Assembly (NCBI GenBank): GCA_965113315.1
Contig: OZ220370.1
From: Podarcis vaucheri
Taxonomy: Eukaryota
Direction: 5' to 3' (one strand)
Length of the DNA: 64,000 nt
Under the pieces are notes generated by a model. It saw only the letters and a list, made by a program, of their open reading frames with translations, did no database searches and was not told the DNA's origin. Made by a program: the position numbers and the translations under genes. Positions 10,603 through 22,630 of the stretch are shown in pieces (position 1 is the stretch's first letter; every line of letters begins with the position of its first letter).

Positions 10603-11035
10603 TGTAATGGTTGTAGGGGTTGCTCGTGCGTAAATCGGCGCCACACCTGGTGGGTTGCCTGAGTGAACCCTTTCTGTCTGGACAGCCACTCGCCCGTGGC
10701 TGTCTCAATCGCTGGCAGAATCCGTCAGTGGGCGTTTCTTGAACTTCTTCCAGCAAAGAAGCTCTTTGACGCCTCGTCTCCGCCTAGTCTCCCTGTGCGG
10801 AAGCCTTCTGCACAGGGAGGGTGTGGGCAGTGGAGGACCCGTGCTCTCCCCGCTGGTCCCCGGCGAGGAGTCATGGAGCCACCTCGCCGATTCCCCCATC
10901 TGCCCCCCTTTTCCACTGGTGCTACGCTGATTTCCTTCCCCAGAAGATGTGCTGCTTCTCTCCCTCCCGGGACGCTCTCTGGAATCCCTCTGGAGCCCTC
11001 CCTCTCCCTCTGGCTCCGATGGCAGTTCCCTGACA
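10603..11035 (-). repeat. 5' LTR of the Gypsy element
   Basis: Direct repeat of 5473-5905, followed by TSD CTTGC. Confidence 0.97.
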
Positions 11036-14019
11036 CTTGCTCTTGAGTAAGCATGCACAGAATCTGCATGCTTTGTGGGCAGTTGATGTTTTAGTGCTAT
11101 GTATCTGTCCTGCTAATATGGCTAATTAAAGGAGAATGCAAGCTTACCAGCAAGATAGGAATTTGAATCCGCTTTAGCGACTGGAAGTGAAGAACCAGGG
11201 GTGGTTGCTATTCTAGGCTGATTCACCTGTCGCCCAGCTAGTGTGGGGCTTTGGGAAGGAGGTTTGAGGCTCTGGCAGGGTCCTAGCACCCTCCTTCCTT
11301 CTTCCCAAAGTTGGGCAACCACTAACTAGGCTTTAGGAAGGTGGAAGGAGGACTCTAGGACTTTGTCAGAGACTTCATGCTTCCTTCCCCAAGCCCAGTG
11401 CCTAGTAGTGCCATGCTTACGAGGCTTTGAGAAGCTCCCTGCAGTTTAGCAGTTGTAATCCAGGATTTTGCATGGCAGAGTAAGAAACCATGATGGCATA
11501 ACATTTTATGTGATGTTCCCATGTTTTCGGGATGGTTGATGAGTATGCCTACAGGTAGACTGCGTAACAGCAACCACAGAATGCTACAAAGCTAGCCATG
11601 GTCATCCTCACTCCTACTTTTCTCCCACTTTGATTGCAATCCTATACATGCTTACCTGGGAATAAAGCCCATTGGACTTTGGTGGCCCTACTTCTGAGCA
11701 GAAATACAAAGGGTTCCACTTGTAAGCACACATTTTTTAAAAGGTTGCAAACTTCCCACTGTTAACTGCTTGCTAAGTTGTTTATCTGTATTTACCCAGT
11801 GTTCTGTTTTACTTGTTCCACACAGAAATCTTTGTGAGGACGCAATGTATGAAGGCTCCTGTAACCACCATATCTTAAAAATAATTCCTAAGTGACTCAT
11901 TATGCTCTGCCTTCCATCAGGTGAGCTATATTCCAGCACATCTAATGGCCTTATTTAAAAAAGACTCACTAAACAGCTGCTGCTGCTCCTTATTGGTCCC
12001 TCTCTTTTCAGTGGCTGCTTTATCCTGCTTTGCTGTTTTACATGCTCTGCTTTTATTTTTTGCTACATGGGCTTTTTAAAATTCCGAATTATTATGTTAT
12101 ATATTATGTTGGCCAGTTATTTTCTTAATTACCTTGAACACATAGTATAAAAAGTGAGATATAAATCTAGTAATGAAATAAACTATCAATATTCCATTAG
12201 GACTTGAGCCATAATGCCAGCTCTGAAATTGAATTTGATCACCCACTTGTAGTGATTCAGACATCCTGCATAGGAAGGTATGCAAATGGTGTGAAAATAA
12301 TCAGCACTGAGAATTCCAAGTCCCCTTTTTTTTCAGTGTTCTGAAGAAAAATTATCTGCAACTCACCCACTCTCCGCAGAGTTCAACAAATATAGAACAC
12401 TCCTTGGGTAATTTGCCTTCCGTTCCTAAGAGAGGAAGCAGAATGGCTCTCATTTCAGACATGCAGATCTAAATATTTATACAGGAGGATTATTTCCCGA
12501 TTAGGCCAGAAAAGAATTTGGCCTAATTTGTTGTATTGCTGCATTTATCAAGCAGTGTGTTCACAGTAGAGCATGACATTTGAGTTTTTCTGTCCTTGCA
12601 GATAAAATGCTGAATGTTTTGTAGAAAACACAACCGCTCCATGAACAAACAGTCCCACCTTTCCAACCTGTAAAGATTAGAGGATCACTGAGAAAAGAGA
12701 GCACTTTCTGAATAGTTACAGAAAACTGAACCAATATTCAACAGCTTCAAGTATCTGCAGAAATGTCTTGTCCAATATCAGCTGTTTAGTTAAGATAAGC
12801 AGGGGAGGGGGCTCTGCAGACAGTCCCCATATGAGCAGGATGCTGGTGGAAGCCATATTTACATCAAGGGGTCTTGTGAGAGATTAGTAACATGAGCTTT
12901 TCATGTTTTATAAAATTCAAGGACTGTGCAGCATAGCATAATCCTACAGCATAAACCTGGAAGAATTTTACTGATGAGCCTCCTCTTAAATCTGAAGGGG
13001 CAAAATTGTTAATGTATCATTCTTTCCCACTTTGCTTTTTCTGCCATTAATTTTCCTGCCATTAATTTCTTCTACTCCTTGCCCCAAACACTGATGAATA
13101 CCCAATGTCAGTTTCCAATCTATAGTATGGAATGTGGCCTCTAACAGCCTTGGTCATGGCCATGCCAAACATTTTACTGGGTTAGTGGCAAAAAGCTGTT
13201 GAAGAAGAAACCCACGTATATGGCATTCATATACAGTCTTACCCAGGAGTAAGTGCCATGAACTTATTTGGACATGTGTATGGTTAAAGTAGTCTTGTAG
13301 TTTTAGATAAAAGGTTTGATAAGCAAAATGCAGGCTGGAGATTACATGGCACAAAAAAACCAATAAACGGTCAAGCATTATCAGCAAGCAGGATTAGGGA
13401 GAAATGGAATTTGTCTTGCATTATGAGAGCACTTTAAAGCAAAAGTAAAACCTTCAGTAACAAAGCAGTGCAGTCTATATATTAACTTGCATTGTCATTC
13501 AGATGGTGAAGATGAGTTGATATTGTGGGGCAGCTGTTTGCTGTATTATAGGGCTTAACCTTAACAATAAAACCTATTCATACTGGAAAAAAGGCTTATC
13601 ATATCACAAAGAGTACCATCTCTAAATCCTGAGGTAACTAGGAAAAAACAAGTATTTCCTCTTTTAAACTGGTGATAAACTTTCGTTTGCAGAGTGCTAG
13701 ATAAATGAAAGAAATTCTCTATTAAAAATAGACATTTGAGTCCAGGCACTCAGACTTTGGTAGGGTAGGGAAACAGGCCTTACAGTTTACATTAATCAAA
13801 AAGGCATTTAGAACAAATAAAACTGCCTTTTTCTGCACATTGCAAAATGCTCACACTTATTTCTGTAGTTGTCTTGTAAAAATGAAGACTTAACATGCAC
13901 AGAGATCTCCTGAGCACTTCTGAAAGGATGTCTGCTATTAGTCTGACAAGACCAGTACACGTGGTTAGCTTCCAACTTATATTAAAACACAATAAAACAT
14001 TAAAATTGAAAAAGCTTCC

Positions 14020-14312
14020 CTGTACAGGACTGCCTTCAGATGTCTTCTAAAGGTTATATGGTTACTTATCTCCTTAACATCTGGTGGAAGGGCGTTCCAT
14101 AGGGCGGGTGCCACTACCGAGAAGGCCCTCTGCCTGGTTTCCTGTAGCTTCACTTCTTGCAGTGAGGGAACTGCCAGAAGGCCCTCAGTGCTGGACCTCA
14201 GTGTCTGTGCTGAACGATGGGGGTGGTGATCTTCAGGTATACAGGGCCGAGGCCATTTAGGGCTTTAAAGATCAGGACCAACACTTTGAATTGTGCTCAG
14301 AAATGTACTGGA
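14020..14312 (-). mobile_element. L2/CR1-group LINE 3' fragment
   Basis: Recognised motifs typical of reversed squamate L2 ends (gggcgttccatagggcgggtgccactaccgagaaggccctc; tttagggctttaaagatcaggaccaacactttgaattg). Boundaries approximate. Confidence 0.6.
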
Positions 14313-15288
14313 AGGTTACCTATGCCATTTTGAGCTTGATTCAGATAACCTATAAGTATGTATACTACAACTTCACAACATCTTCTCCACTGCCCAGTAA
14401 GCAAATCAGCAAATGAAACCTGGTTAGCTTTGCCACAGCCTGATGTGGCAAAATGGAGGTAGGCTTTTCTGTGGTAGCACCAGTGTTTTGGAACGCCCTT
14501 TCTATATAAATACAAGAGGCCCCATCACTATTGGCATTCCACTAGCACCTGAAAACACAGCTGTTTAGGAAAGCATTCCCCTGATCTTAAATCTTATCTT
14601 GAACTGATCCTAATGTTTTAACTGTTTTTAACTGACTTCTTTTGTTGTATCTTTTGATTAAGGTTGTTTTAATGTTCTGATAAAATTGTTATTTTGTATT
14701 TTAATTATGTATGGTTTTAGATAATTGTTGAGGGGTATAAGTTGTTTGTGGGTGTGTATGTGTATAAAGGGTTCCTCGTGCACTTCCACATTTTTAAAGT
14801 TAGCTGCTGTTAACTTATAAAAAGAGATTGCTCAACTGAATAATTTTAAGGCAGCTGAAAACATATTTGAAAAGTAAGATTTCAGAAAAACAGTAAAAAT
14901 GGTATTATGGCTTCCTGTTTAGAAAGAAAAGCTATTATTCTCTTTGTTTGCTATCATTTTGCATTAAATTGGTGTCTGAATAGCTTCCATGCCTATAAAA
15001 CATACTTCCTCTTCCATTAGACATCCTCTGTGTAGCACTGTTTTTGCTGGAAGTAATTACTGTTTCAGAGAAGTAATTATCAGCAGAAAACCTCAATCAA
15101 GACGAACTTCATTATTCTGTCAGGTTAGGGCTCCTTATTCAAGCCCTCTCACATCCTAGGGTATTAGTCTAATAAGCCATAACAATATTTTAAGTGCCTT
15201 AAAAAGAAACTGTTGTACAGCATAAGCATGATACCTTCTTGGTCCTACTCTGGCAAGGAATCCTATGTAAATTATGTTTTTTCAGGGT

Positions 15289-15352
15289 TGTGTGTGTGTG
15301 TGTGTGTATGTGTACACACACACACGCACACACACACGCACACACACACACA
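15289..15352. repeat. Compound (TG)n-(CA)n microsatellite
   Basis: About 64 bp of uninterrupted purine/pyrimidine alternation that switches from TG to CA at tgtaca. Confidence 0.9.
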
Positions 15353-16159
15353 TTCTACGCACTTGAATTGATTTTATTGCAATGGGTTATAGTTTTGTTC
15401 ATTTAAAAATTACTGTGCTGCCTTTCATCAAAATACCAGTGTGGATCACAAAAATGCAAATATGTTCATCATAAAATCAACACATTAAAAAACCCACAGC
15501 AAAATACAAAGTATCGGATACTTCAAATGCCTGATTACTGCCTCAGGGTTTGTTTTTTTCCTGTGAAGGGTGATGGTTTGTTTTTATTATATATTTTTAT
15601 TATTGGACATCATCCTGGAATCCAGTTGGTTGAAGGGCAGTTTAGAATTTGTAACAAATAACTGAATACCTAATGATGGTTTCTCATTGGAAACTACAGC
15701 TGGTAGAGATAAAGTAGCCACCAGGATGGTTTATGATTTGTGCTTTTTGTATCATATTATGCTGCTCTTTCATCAATTGCATGGGTTTCTGATTAACCTC
15801 TAGGCTCAAATCAAAGTGCTAGTTCTGAGCCATCAAGGCTTAAACAATTTAGGACCAGGATATCTAAAATATTGCCTCCTCCTGTGTAAGGATGGGCGAG
15901 TATATCGCTTTTGCTTTCTCATGGTTTCTTATTTTTCTGCACATGTTCATATCAGTTTGCCTTTAAAAAAAAGTCCTCGTAAATTTTTATCAGCATTTCA
16001 GTACAAACTTATTCTAATATGCAAATATTGGTTTACAGTTTTGTCCAGTATACACATTTTTGCAATGCAATTTCCTCGAATATAATGCATATTTTTATCC
16101 AATATATCCATTTTTATGAGCATTTTAGGCATACAGTGGCACCTCTGGTTACGAACTTA

Positions 16160-16410
16160 CTATATTTTTCGCTCTATAAGACGCACCAGACCACAAGACG
16201 CACCTAGTTTTTGGAGGAGGAAAACAAGAAAAAAAATATTCTGAATCTCAGAAGCCAGAACAGCAAGAGGGATCGCTGTGCAGTGAAAGCAGCAATCCCT
16301 CTTACTGTTCTGGCTTCTGTGATAGCTGTGCAGCCTGCATTCGCTCCATAAGACGCACACACATTTCCCCTTACTTTTTAGGAGGGAGTCTTATAGAGCA
16401 AAAAATACGG
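16160..16410. mobile_element. MITE of the CCGTATTTTTCGC family nested in the CAGTGG MITE
   Basis: TIRs ctatatttttcgctctataagac / gtcttatagagcaaaaaatacgg, flanked by TA and TG. Shares subterminal sequence with 1894-2413 in the opposite orientation. Confidence 0.85.
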
Positions 16411-16547
16411 TGATTCGTTCTGGAGGTCCATTCTTAACCCAAAACCGTTCTTAACATGAGGTGCGCTTTCACTAATGGGGCCTCCCGCTGCCGCCGCGCA
16501 ACTTACGCTCGCATCCCGGGGCAAAGTTAGCAACCAGGAGCATCTAC

Positions 16548-18778
16548 GTGTGTTTTTTTAAAAATGATGTTTATTGAGAATTTTAAAATTACAAAAAAAC
16601 AAAGAAAAAAAGAGGAAAAAGAACAAGAAAAAAAACAAATAACAATTAAACAATACAAATCGATAAAAGTCAAAAGCAAAAAGCAAAAACAAAACACATA
16701 GCACATCAAAATCAGAAAGCAAAAATAAACCACAAAGATTTAAAAACAGATCTAATATTCCCAAATCCTTAACTGTCATTACCTTATTTCATCAACCTCC
16801 TCACACCTCCCTTTTTTGTATTCTAGTTATTGATTGTCACAGCAAATCCTTTCCATTTTTCATAATATTCTGTCATTAAGTTGCCTTAATCTATTTTAAC
16901 CTTATCTTACCATAAAAAACCCTAAAACTTAAAACTTAAATCTTATTTATACCAATTTCTCATAACCATAGCATATTCTTACATAGTTCTTTTTAACATT
17001 TCTGCTAAAGCCAAATAATTTTGTTCCAACATTTTTCTAATACTCATTAATTTTAGAAAACATTCCTAAATAGAATTTTTTAAAACTTTATTCCAATCTT
17101 CATCCAACGTCTCGTCCTCCTGGTCTTGGGTTTTGTCAGTCCTTTCTATCCCATCCATCTAGTTCATTAACCTGGTAACCTTATGTCCGAGGCCCTTAAG
17201 TCTCTTCCATGTCCCTTCCGCAGATCTTCTTCATATTTATACCTGTACTTTACTTTGTCTTCTGCTCCTTTCACTCGTGGAGACTCCAGCTTGGCAATAT
17301 TTTTGTCCTTTCTCGACAGATCAACCCCTTTTCCATAGTCCACACTGAACTCCATGTGGTATTTAAAAGCATGTTTCAAGGTCCCTCCAAAGTTGAGGAC
17401 CCCCACAACTCCAAACTCCTCCCGGCCCAACGCCAGACTTGAAAAGTCAAAACATCCCTGCATAGGGGGGGTCTATCCAGCCCCCCATCTCCAAGCTAAA
17501 CAAGACTATCTCTCCAAATCTGGCTTTTTCCAGGTTCATTCATCAGGTCCAACAACTCATGTTCCTGCCGGGCCACAGTTCCCTCCATCTCTGCCTCCCG
17601 GGGTCCAGCCGCAACCTCCTCCCTCATCTGTTCTGTTAGAGCACAGTCCTGAATTGATTCCTGAGTGGGTTCTATATAGATACCCACTACCTGCCCAAAA
17701 TTTCTGATCACAACAGTCATCAAATCCGTCTTCTCATGTAACTGTTCCAATAAAGCACTTGTCTTGCAGAAAGCACGCACCAGAGCCTCCGAGTACATTG
17801 TTGTACAAGGTCAAAGTCTGATCCCACGATCTTAATCTGTTGCAGCTGCAAAGCTCCCCAGTTCAGATTTAATAACAGTTTCACAAACTCCCTCTAGGGG
17901 AAGAACTTCTATTTGTATCCATCTCTCTTTTTTAAAAAAAAAACCACACAGATCTAGCAACAAAGCAGATCTAACAACAAAGTTTCCTTTTTCAGATATT
18001 TTGTCAATATTTTTTTCCTTTTAACTGCGAAGGAGAACAATGGAGTCACTATGTTTCTCTTCTTTTAACTGTCTGTCAAAAGCGTTTGCTATAGTCAGTG
18101 AATTCCGGAAACATCTGTCCTGACACCCCGCTCCGAGGTTCAAGACGGTGGAAAATTGCTTTTCTTTACACACTCTTCTGCAGGTTTAAACAGTCCAGAA
18201 AAAAATCCCCCCTCTTCTCCTGCTTCCAAAGGGGGTTAGTAGATTTAGATGGTGAAAGTTGATCCTTTACAAACGATTTTCTAAACTCTAGCTTGCCATG
18301 TCTTTGCTTTAATCTTTCTACAAAAAGCGGAAGGCTGACTTCCTGTTTAGACCTTACCGCTTCGGTACCAAGTTAAAAGGAATTTCTTAGTCCAATTTTC
18401 CGTTCTACTCACGGGTCATTGTTTAGAGTCCAATTGTCCAAATTTATCCTACTCACGGGTAGTTGTTTTTGTAGCCAGATTGTCACAGGAAAAAGGCAGC
18501 GCTCTCCGGCAACGGCTGTGCAGCTTTGCTCCACGGAAGAAGCAATTGACTCTCAGCACCGCGCCACTTGCCCCGCTTCGCTCCGGAGCCCGTAACTGGG
18601 TTCCTTTGCAAATTGGGGGGGCGCGAAAGGTGCCCACCGAGTCCCACGGTCACAGGCTTCACCCGCCTGTGATTTTTTAAAGGGTTCCCGCTTCGCCGTA
18701 GCGGAACAGACCCGATTTCCGTGGAGCTAGTCCCTCCGGATCAGAGGGAGTCTGCCATTACCGATGGCAGGAGCATCT
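16548..18778 (-). mobile_element. Non-autonomous, internally deleted L1-derived retroelement (about 2.2 kb)
   Basis: 14-bp TSD ccaggagcatctac (16534-16547 and 18779-18792). AATAAA (16575-16570) and a short A tail on the minus strand. Degenerate ORF2 C-terminus TDKTQDQEDETLDEDWNK near 17140-17085. CpG-rich 5' end. No EN or RT coding sequence. Confidence 0.8.
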
Positions 18779-19240
18779 CCAGGAGCATCTACTTCCGGGT
18801 TAGCGGAGCTCGTTACCTGAAGCGTTTGTAAGGAGGACGGTACATAACCCAAGGTTCCACTGTAGTGTGCGTGTGTGTGCGCGCACGCGCAGTCAGGCAT
18901 ATAACTGACTTGGAAGAACAATAACTACATTTGAAATAAATGACAGAACATGCTGTGTAGACTGCATGTATTTGCAACTGTGCAGGAATAGGTCCTTCAA
19001 ACATCAAGATATTGTTTCTTTTTAACTATGATTCAATTAAGAGGGCATGAATTCTCTATCAAATTATAGGGGGAATATGAATACCACCTGCTGGTGAAAA
19101 TACTACACTGGTGCATTTATGTACTTGAAGGTCAGTGTATTGTATTTTGAAAAAAGCTAAAAGTTTTTGTGCAAATATGTGAATGAATTGGGCTATGCCT
19201 GTTTCACAATTCTGAGCATGGAAAATGCATAAGATTTTGC

Positions 19241-19411
19241 CAGTGGCAGAGGGATGGGGGTCGGTGGGGTCGGCCCACCCCGGGTGTCATCCCGGGGGGG
19301 GGTGACATCACCGCGCCACCCCCTGGATGCTCTCTGCGGGTGGCTAGCCCCGCCCCCAGGTGCACAGCATGTGTGCCGCTCCGAGTGCCAGAGCAGCTAG
19401 CTCCGCCTCTG
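19241..19411. mobile_element. hAT-type MITE
   Basis: Ends cagtggcaga / tccgcctctg. 8-bp TSD gattttgc / gatgttgc with 1 mismatch. Confidence 0.7.
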
Positions 19412-20189
19412 GATGTTGCAGTTATAAGTTCTGTTCAATAGGATTTGCTCCCAGATGAGTGTACATAGGATCATAGCCTTAGTATGCCACTAAGCTGATT
19501 CATTTTGTATGCTAGAAGAACTGATGCCTGTACTGTTGAAATAAATGTTTGGCTGTGAAAATGAAGCTGTTGCAATACAATCTAGGTGTTGCTAAATAGA
19601 AGGGTTTTGTTTTTTCTTTTCTTTTTTCGCTACAAGTCTTTTCTCAAGGGAAACCTACATTGTAAAGGTCTGCACTTTGGAACTTCCTGCCACTACGGAG
19701 ATTGGGAAGCACAAAACACATTTTTCAAAGTGAACAGAAGAATGTGCTAAGAGGAATCAGTAATATATTTTAAAGTACCAGTACCTAGGATATAAAAAGG
19801 CTTTCAGACACTTTTTAAATTTGAAAAGGAAAGAACAACTACAAATATCTATAAAGAACAGATTCCACAACTGTGGGGTATACCACAGGACAATGGCACA
19901 AAGGACCACCATTCTAGATAAAATGGATCTGAAAACAGCAAATGGTGTCTGAACCCGGAGAGTTTTTAGGTGCACACAAATCCATTAACAATTTCTCTTT
20001 CATATTGATTATACTAGCATGGCTTGGCGAGTGAGCAAAATTTTATTTTCAAAATACTGTAAGATGTCATTTTGAAATTGAATGAAGAAAATCTTTTTTT
20101 TTAAATCTTGCTTTCAATAAAGCAACAACATTACTTTATATATTGAGATGGTTTGCAAAACAAAACTCCAGCTGAGACACAGCAGTCCA

Positions 20190-20530
20190 TTTTATTTAGT
20201 CCTAGCGGTGAGGGAACTGTAAAAACGTACGTCTGGTTTCCACGTATCACTAAACCGAGCTGTAGCTTTGCAAACCATGGCTTAACTATAGTTAGGAAAT
20301 TCTGGCTGCTGGTCTGCTGCTGCTGCTGTTGCCACCGCCACAATGCTGCTGGGAGCTAAGCCATGGTTTGACTTAGTGTTGCATCTGAACCCAGGCTTGT
20401 GATTTGTCTTGCTCCAAACCACAAGTTGTAAATAAGTTTTGTTCTGGGCTTACTGCTTTTAGTTTGGAGAAAGCAAACTATGAGCCCCGGTTTGAACACT
20501 GAGCCAAACTATAACTTAGCTTCTGGTAGC
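20190..20530. mobile_element. Old palindromic repeat or MITE remnant
   Basis: Inverted aaaccatggctta / taagccatggttt motifs around a (CTG)n tract. Boundaries approximate. Confidence 0.4.
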
Positions 20531-21435
20531 ATGCCTGTTAAAAGGGGGGTGGGATAGAATGGCCATTTATTTGCGCACCAGCATGCTTCCTCATTCATGC
20601 TTAGCAATGGTATAGTACAGTGCTATGTGTAAACGAGGCCACACACAACTTCCCTCTTACTCAAGTAACAGATCAATTGTCAATAACTTAAGGAAAATGC
20701 AGAGGACCTGAAAATTTTCTAAAATGTTTCTGAGGACATCTCACATCAACTTAATCCATCGATAAGTGTGAAGGAAGTTCCTGGTTCAAGGCTGCCCCCT
20801 GAAGGTGGAGCTCAGAAGGAGACTGAGAAACAGCTCAGTGTGTGTACCATATTTAATCAAGAGTTATTTGTCTTGATAAGTTGTGGAATATCTTGATTAA
20901 AGGCCCTTAATGACATATTAATTGCTATGTCATGTAGCTATTAGTAATATATATATATGTATACACACACACACACCCTGTAGGAATGTTTCAGTTTTAA
21001 TCGTATAGCATCATTGTTTCATATGAACAGTAACCTGTAATGTAATTTTAGCACCAAATCCTTATTCTTTGACTGCTAAAGTGGTTACAAAGCAGACTCA
21101 ATTGCACCAGACTGTTGACTCATTCATACATGACAAGTGCTCTAAGATGTTTATGGGGAAATGAATACAGTATTAGCACAGGATGAGGGACAGCGTTCTT
21201 TAATCATTCAGAAAACTTGATGAAATGTAGATATTTACAATTAATGAGGTATCACATATGCTGATCACTTTAATTATATGCTCAACAGTCTCTATCAGCC
21301 ATCATTCAATATACACAGAAAGGATAAACCATCAGCAATAAACTGACATGATATTGTTAGTTTAAATATTGTAACTCGAAATTTATGGGAGCAACAATGT
21401 CGCCTAATACTTTAATATTCTCTTCATGTTTTATG

Positions 21436-21573
21436 GTAGTATTTCCCAAACTGATCACTTCCAGGTGTTTTGACCTGCAACTTCCATCATCCTCAGCCAG
21501 CATGACCAATGGTCAGGGATGATAGGTGCTATAATATTAACAACATCTGGAAGGCCACAGTTTGGGGACAGCT
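21436..21573. mobile_element. Old short hairpin DNA-transposon remnant
   Basis: Inverted ends tcccaaact...ccaggtgtt / aacatctgg...agtttgggga, with internal catcatcct...agggatgat. A related copy lies at about 59410-59495. Confidence 0.5.
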
Positions 21574-21899
21574 GTTTATAGTTTTCAGCCTGCATATTTT
21601 TTCCAGCTGTGATCATTTATAATTATTTTGATAGAATAAAGCTGTAGGAGTGGTGATAATAAGAGCATGGCTGGTCATAGTAGTGACTTGCAGGTTCCAA
21701 TCTATAGAATTTTTATTTCATTTGTGGTGTTGTTATGCAATTCAAGGTCATGCACAGGATAAAATAAAAACATGGACACCCATGGCATTTGTAGTTATTT
21801 TATAAATTTCTACTCTTTCTCCCAAAGTTGGTTTGAGACAAATGCTTTCAGGGCTTATTTACACATGCACTTGATTGCTCAGCAGTGGATAATTGCACC

Positions 21900-22630
21900 T
21901 CAATGCCCCCTGGACCCACTCCCCAAAATAAAGACAAGATGACCCAGTAATTAAGATTAATGCTAATGGGTGTAATTTAGGCAACAACTTTATTGATTAC
22001 AGAATGTGAGCAGTATTGGCTTAAGCATTTCCAAGCAAACTATATCTGACTTCCGGCCCGCTTTGCTGGAAGTCAGCTAAGGGTAAACCCCAAAGGGGGA
22101 GCCCTTCCAATATGAACCGACTCGAGCATCCCCTGGGTTCCCTGGGGTCGTGGCATGGCCCTAGCCCCTCTGTGGGCTTCGGACAAGATCCAGACCCCAG
22201 GATTCCTTTAACGGAATACCTAGAGCATGGAGGGGCAGGTAATGGCCGCACCTCCCCTTCCCCCCACACCTCTATTCCAATGCCTAACCGCCAAACCTTA
22301 CAAAGTTATGACGATTGCTGAGAGGTAGGAGAAAACCAAGTGGCCAAATGCCAATTTGCCAAATGGAAAAAAATTCCTGCCTGGCCCCCATTTCAAAACA
22401 GGCGACCGAACGAAGTTCAAAGCAAAGCCAATAGTGAAACCTGAAAGAAGGGGTGGGAGGGCAGGAGAACCACGGTGCGAGGCAAAATGGAACAAAATGG
22501 CGTTGCACCAGGTGCTCGGTGCTGTGACGTGACTGGGACACCTCGCCGTGATGCGGGACGTTGTCCTGCCCACGCTGAGGTGAGAGGAAGTGTGCCCAGG
22601 AGGCCAGCGCGCCCCCGCTGTGAGGCAGAA
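21900..22630. mobile_element. Possible solo LTR or GC-rich interspersed repeat
   Basis: Abrupt GC/CpG-rich block in AT-rich flanks, with AATAAA on the minus strand (ctttattg near 21990). No TSD or TG...CA ends established. Confidence 0.3.

Larger units (their letters stand above)
5473..11035 (-). mobile_element. Full-length Ty3/Gypsy chromovirus (Tf1/sushi-like) LTR retrotransposon, coding-defective
   Basis: Two 433-bp TG...CA direct repeats. 5-bp TSD CTTGC at 5468-5472 and 11036-11040. Domain order gag-PR-RT-RH-IN-chromodomain on the minus strand, with a PPT next to the 3' LTR. Confidence 0.97.
16134..18862. mobile_element. Tc1/mariner-type MITE (CAGTGG...CCACTG family) split by two nested insertions
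   Basis: Ends cagtggcacctctggttac and taacccaaggttccactg with flanking TA. Removing the inserts restores ...acttaattcgttc(t/c)ggaggtcc, as in the related copy at 23741-23982. Confidence 0.85.

Noticed and set aside
10663-11069. Multiple overlapping ORFs in both LTRs
   Set aside because: GC-rich, stop-poor sequence. They recur only because the LTR is duplicated, and there is no env-like signal or TM pattern.
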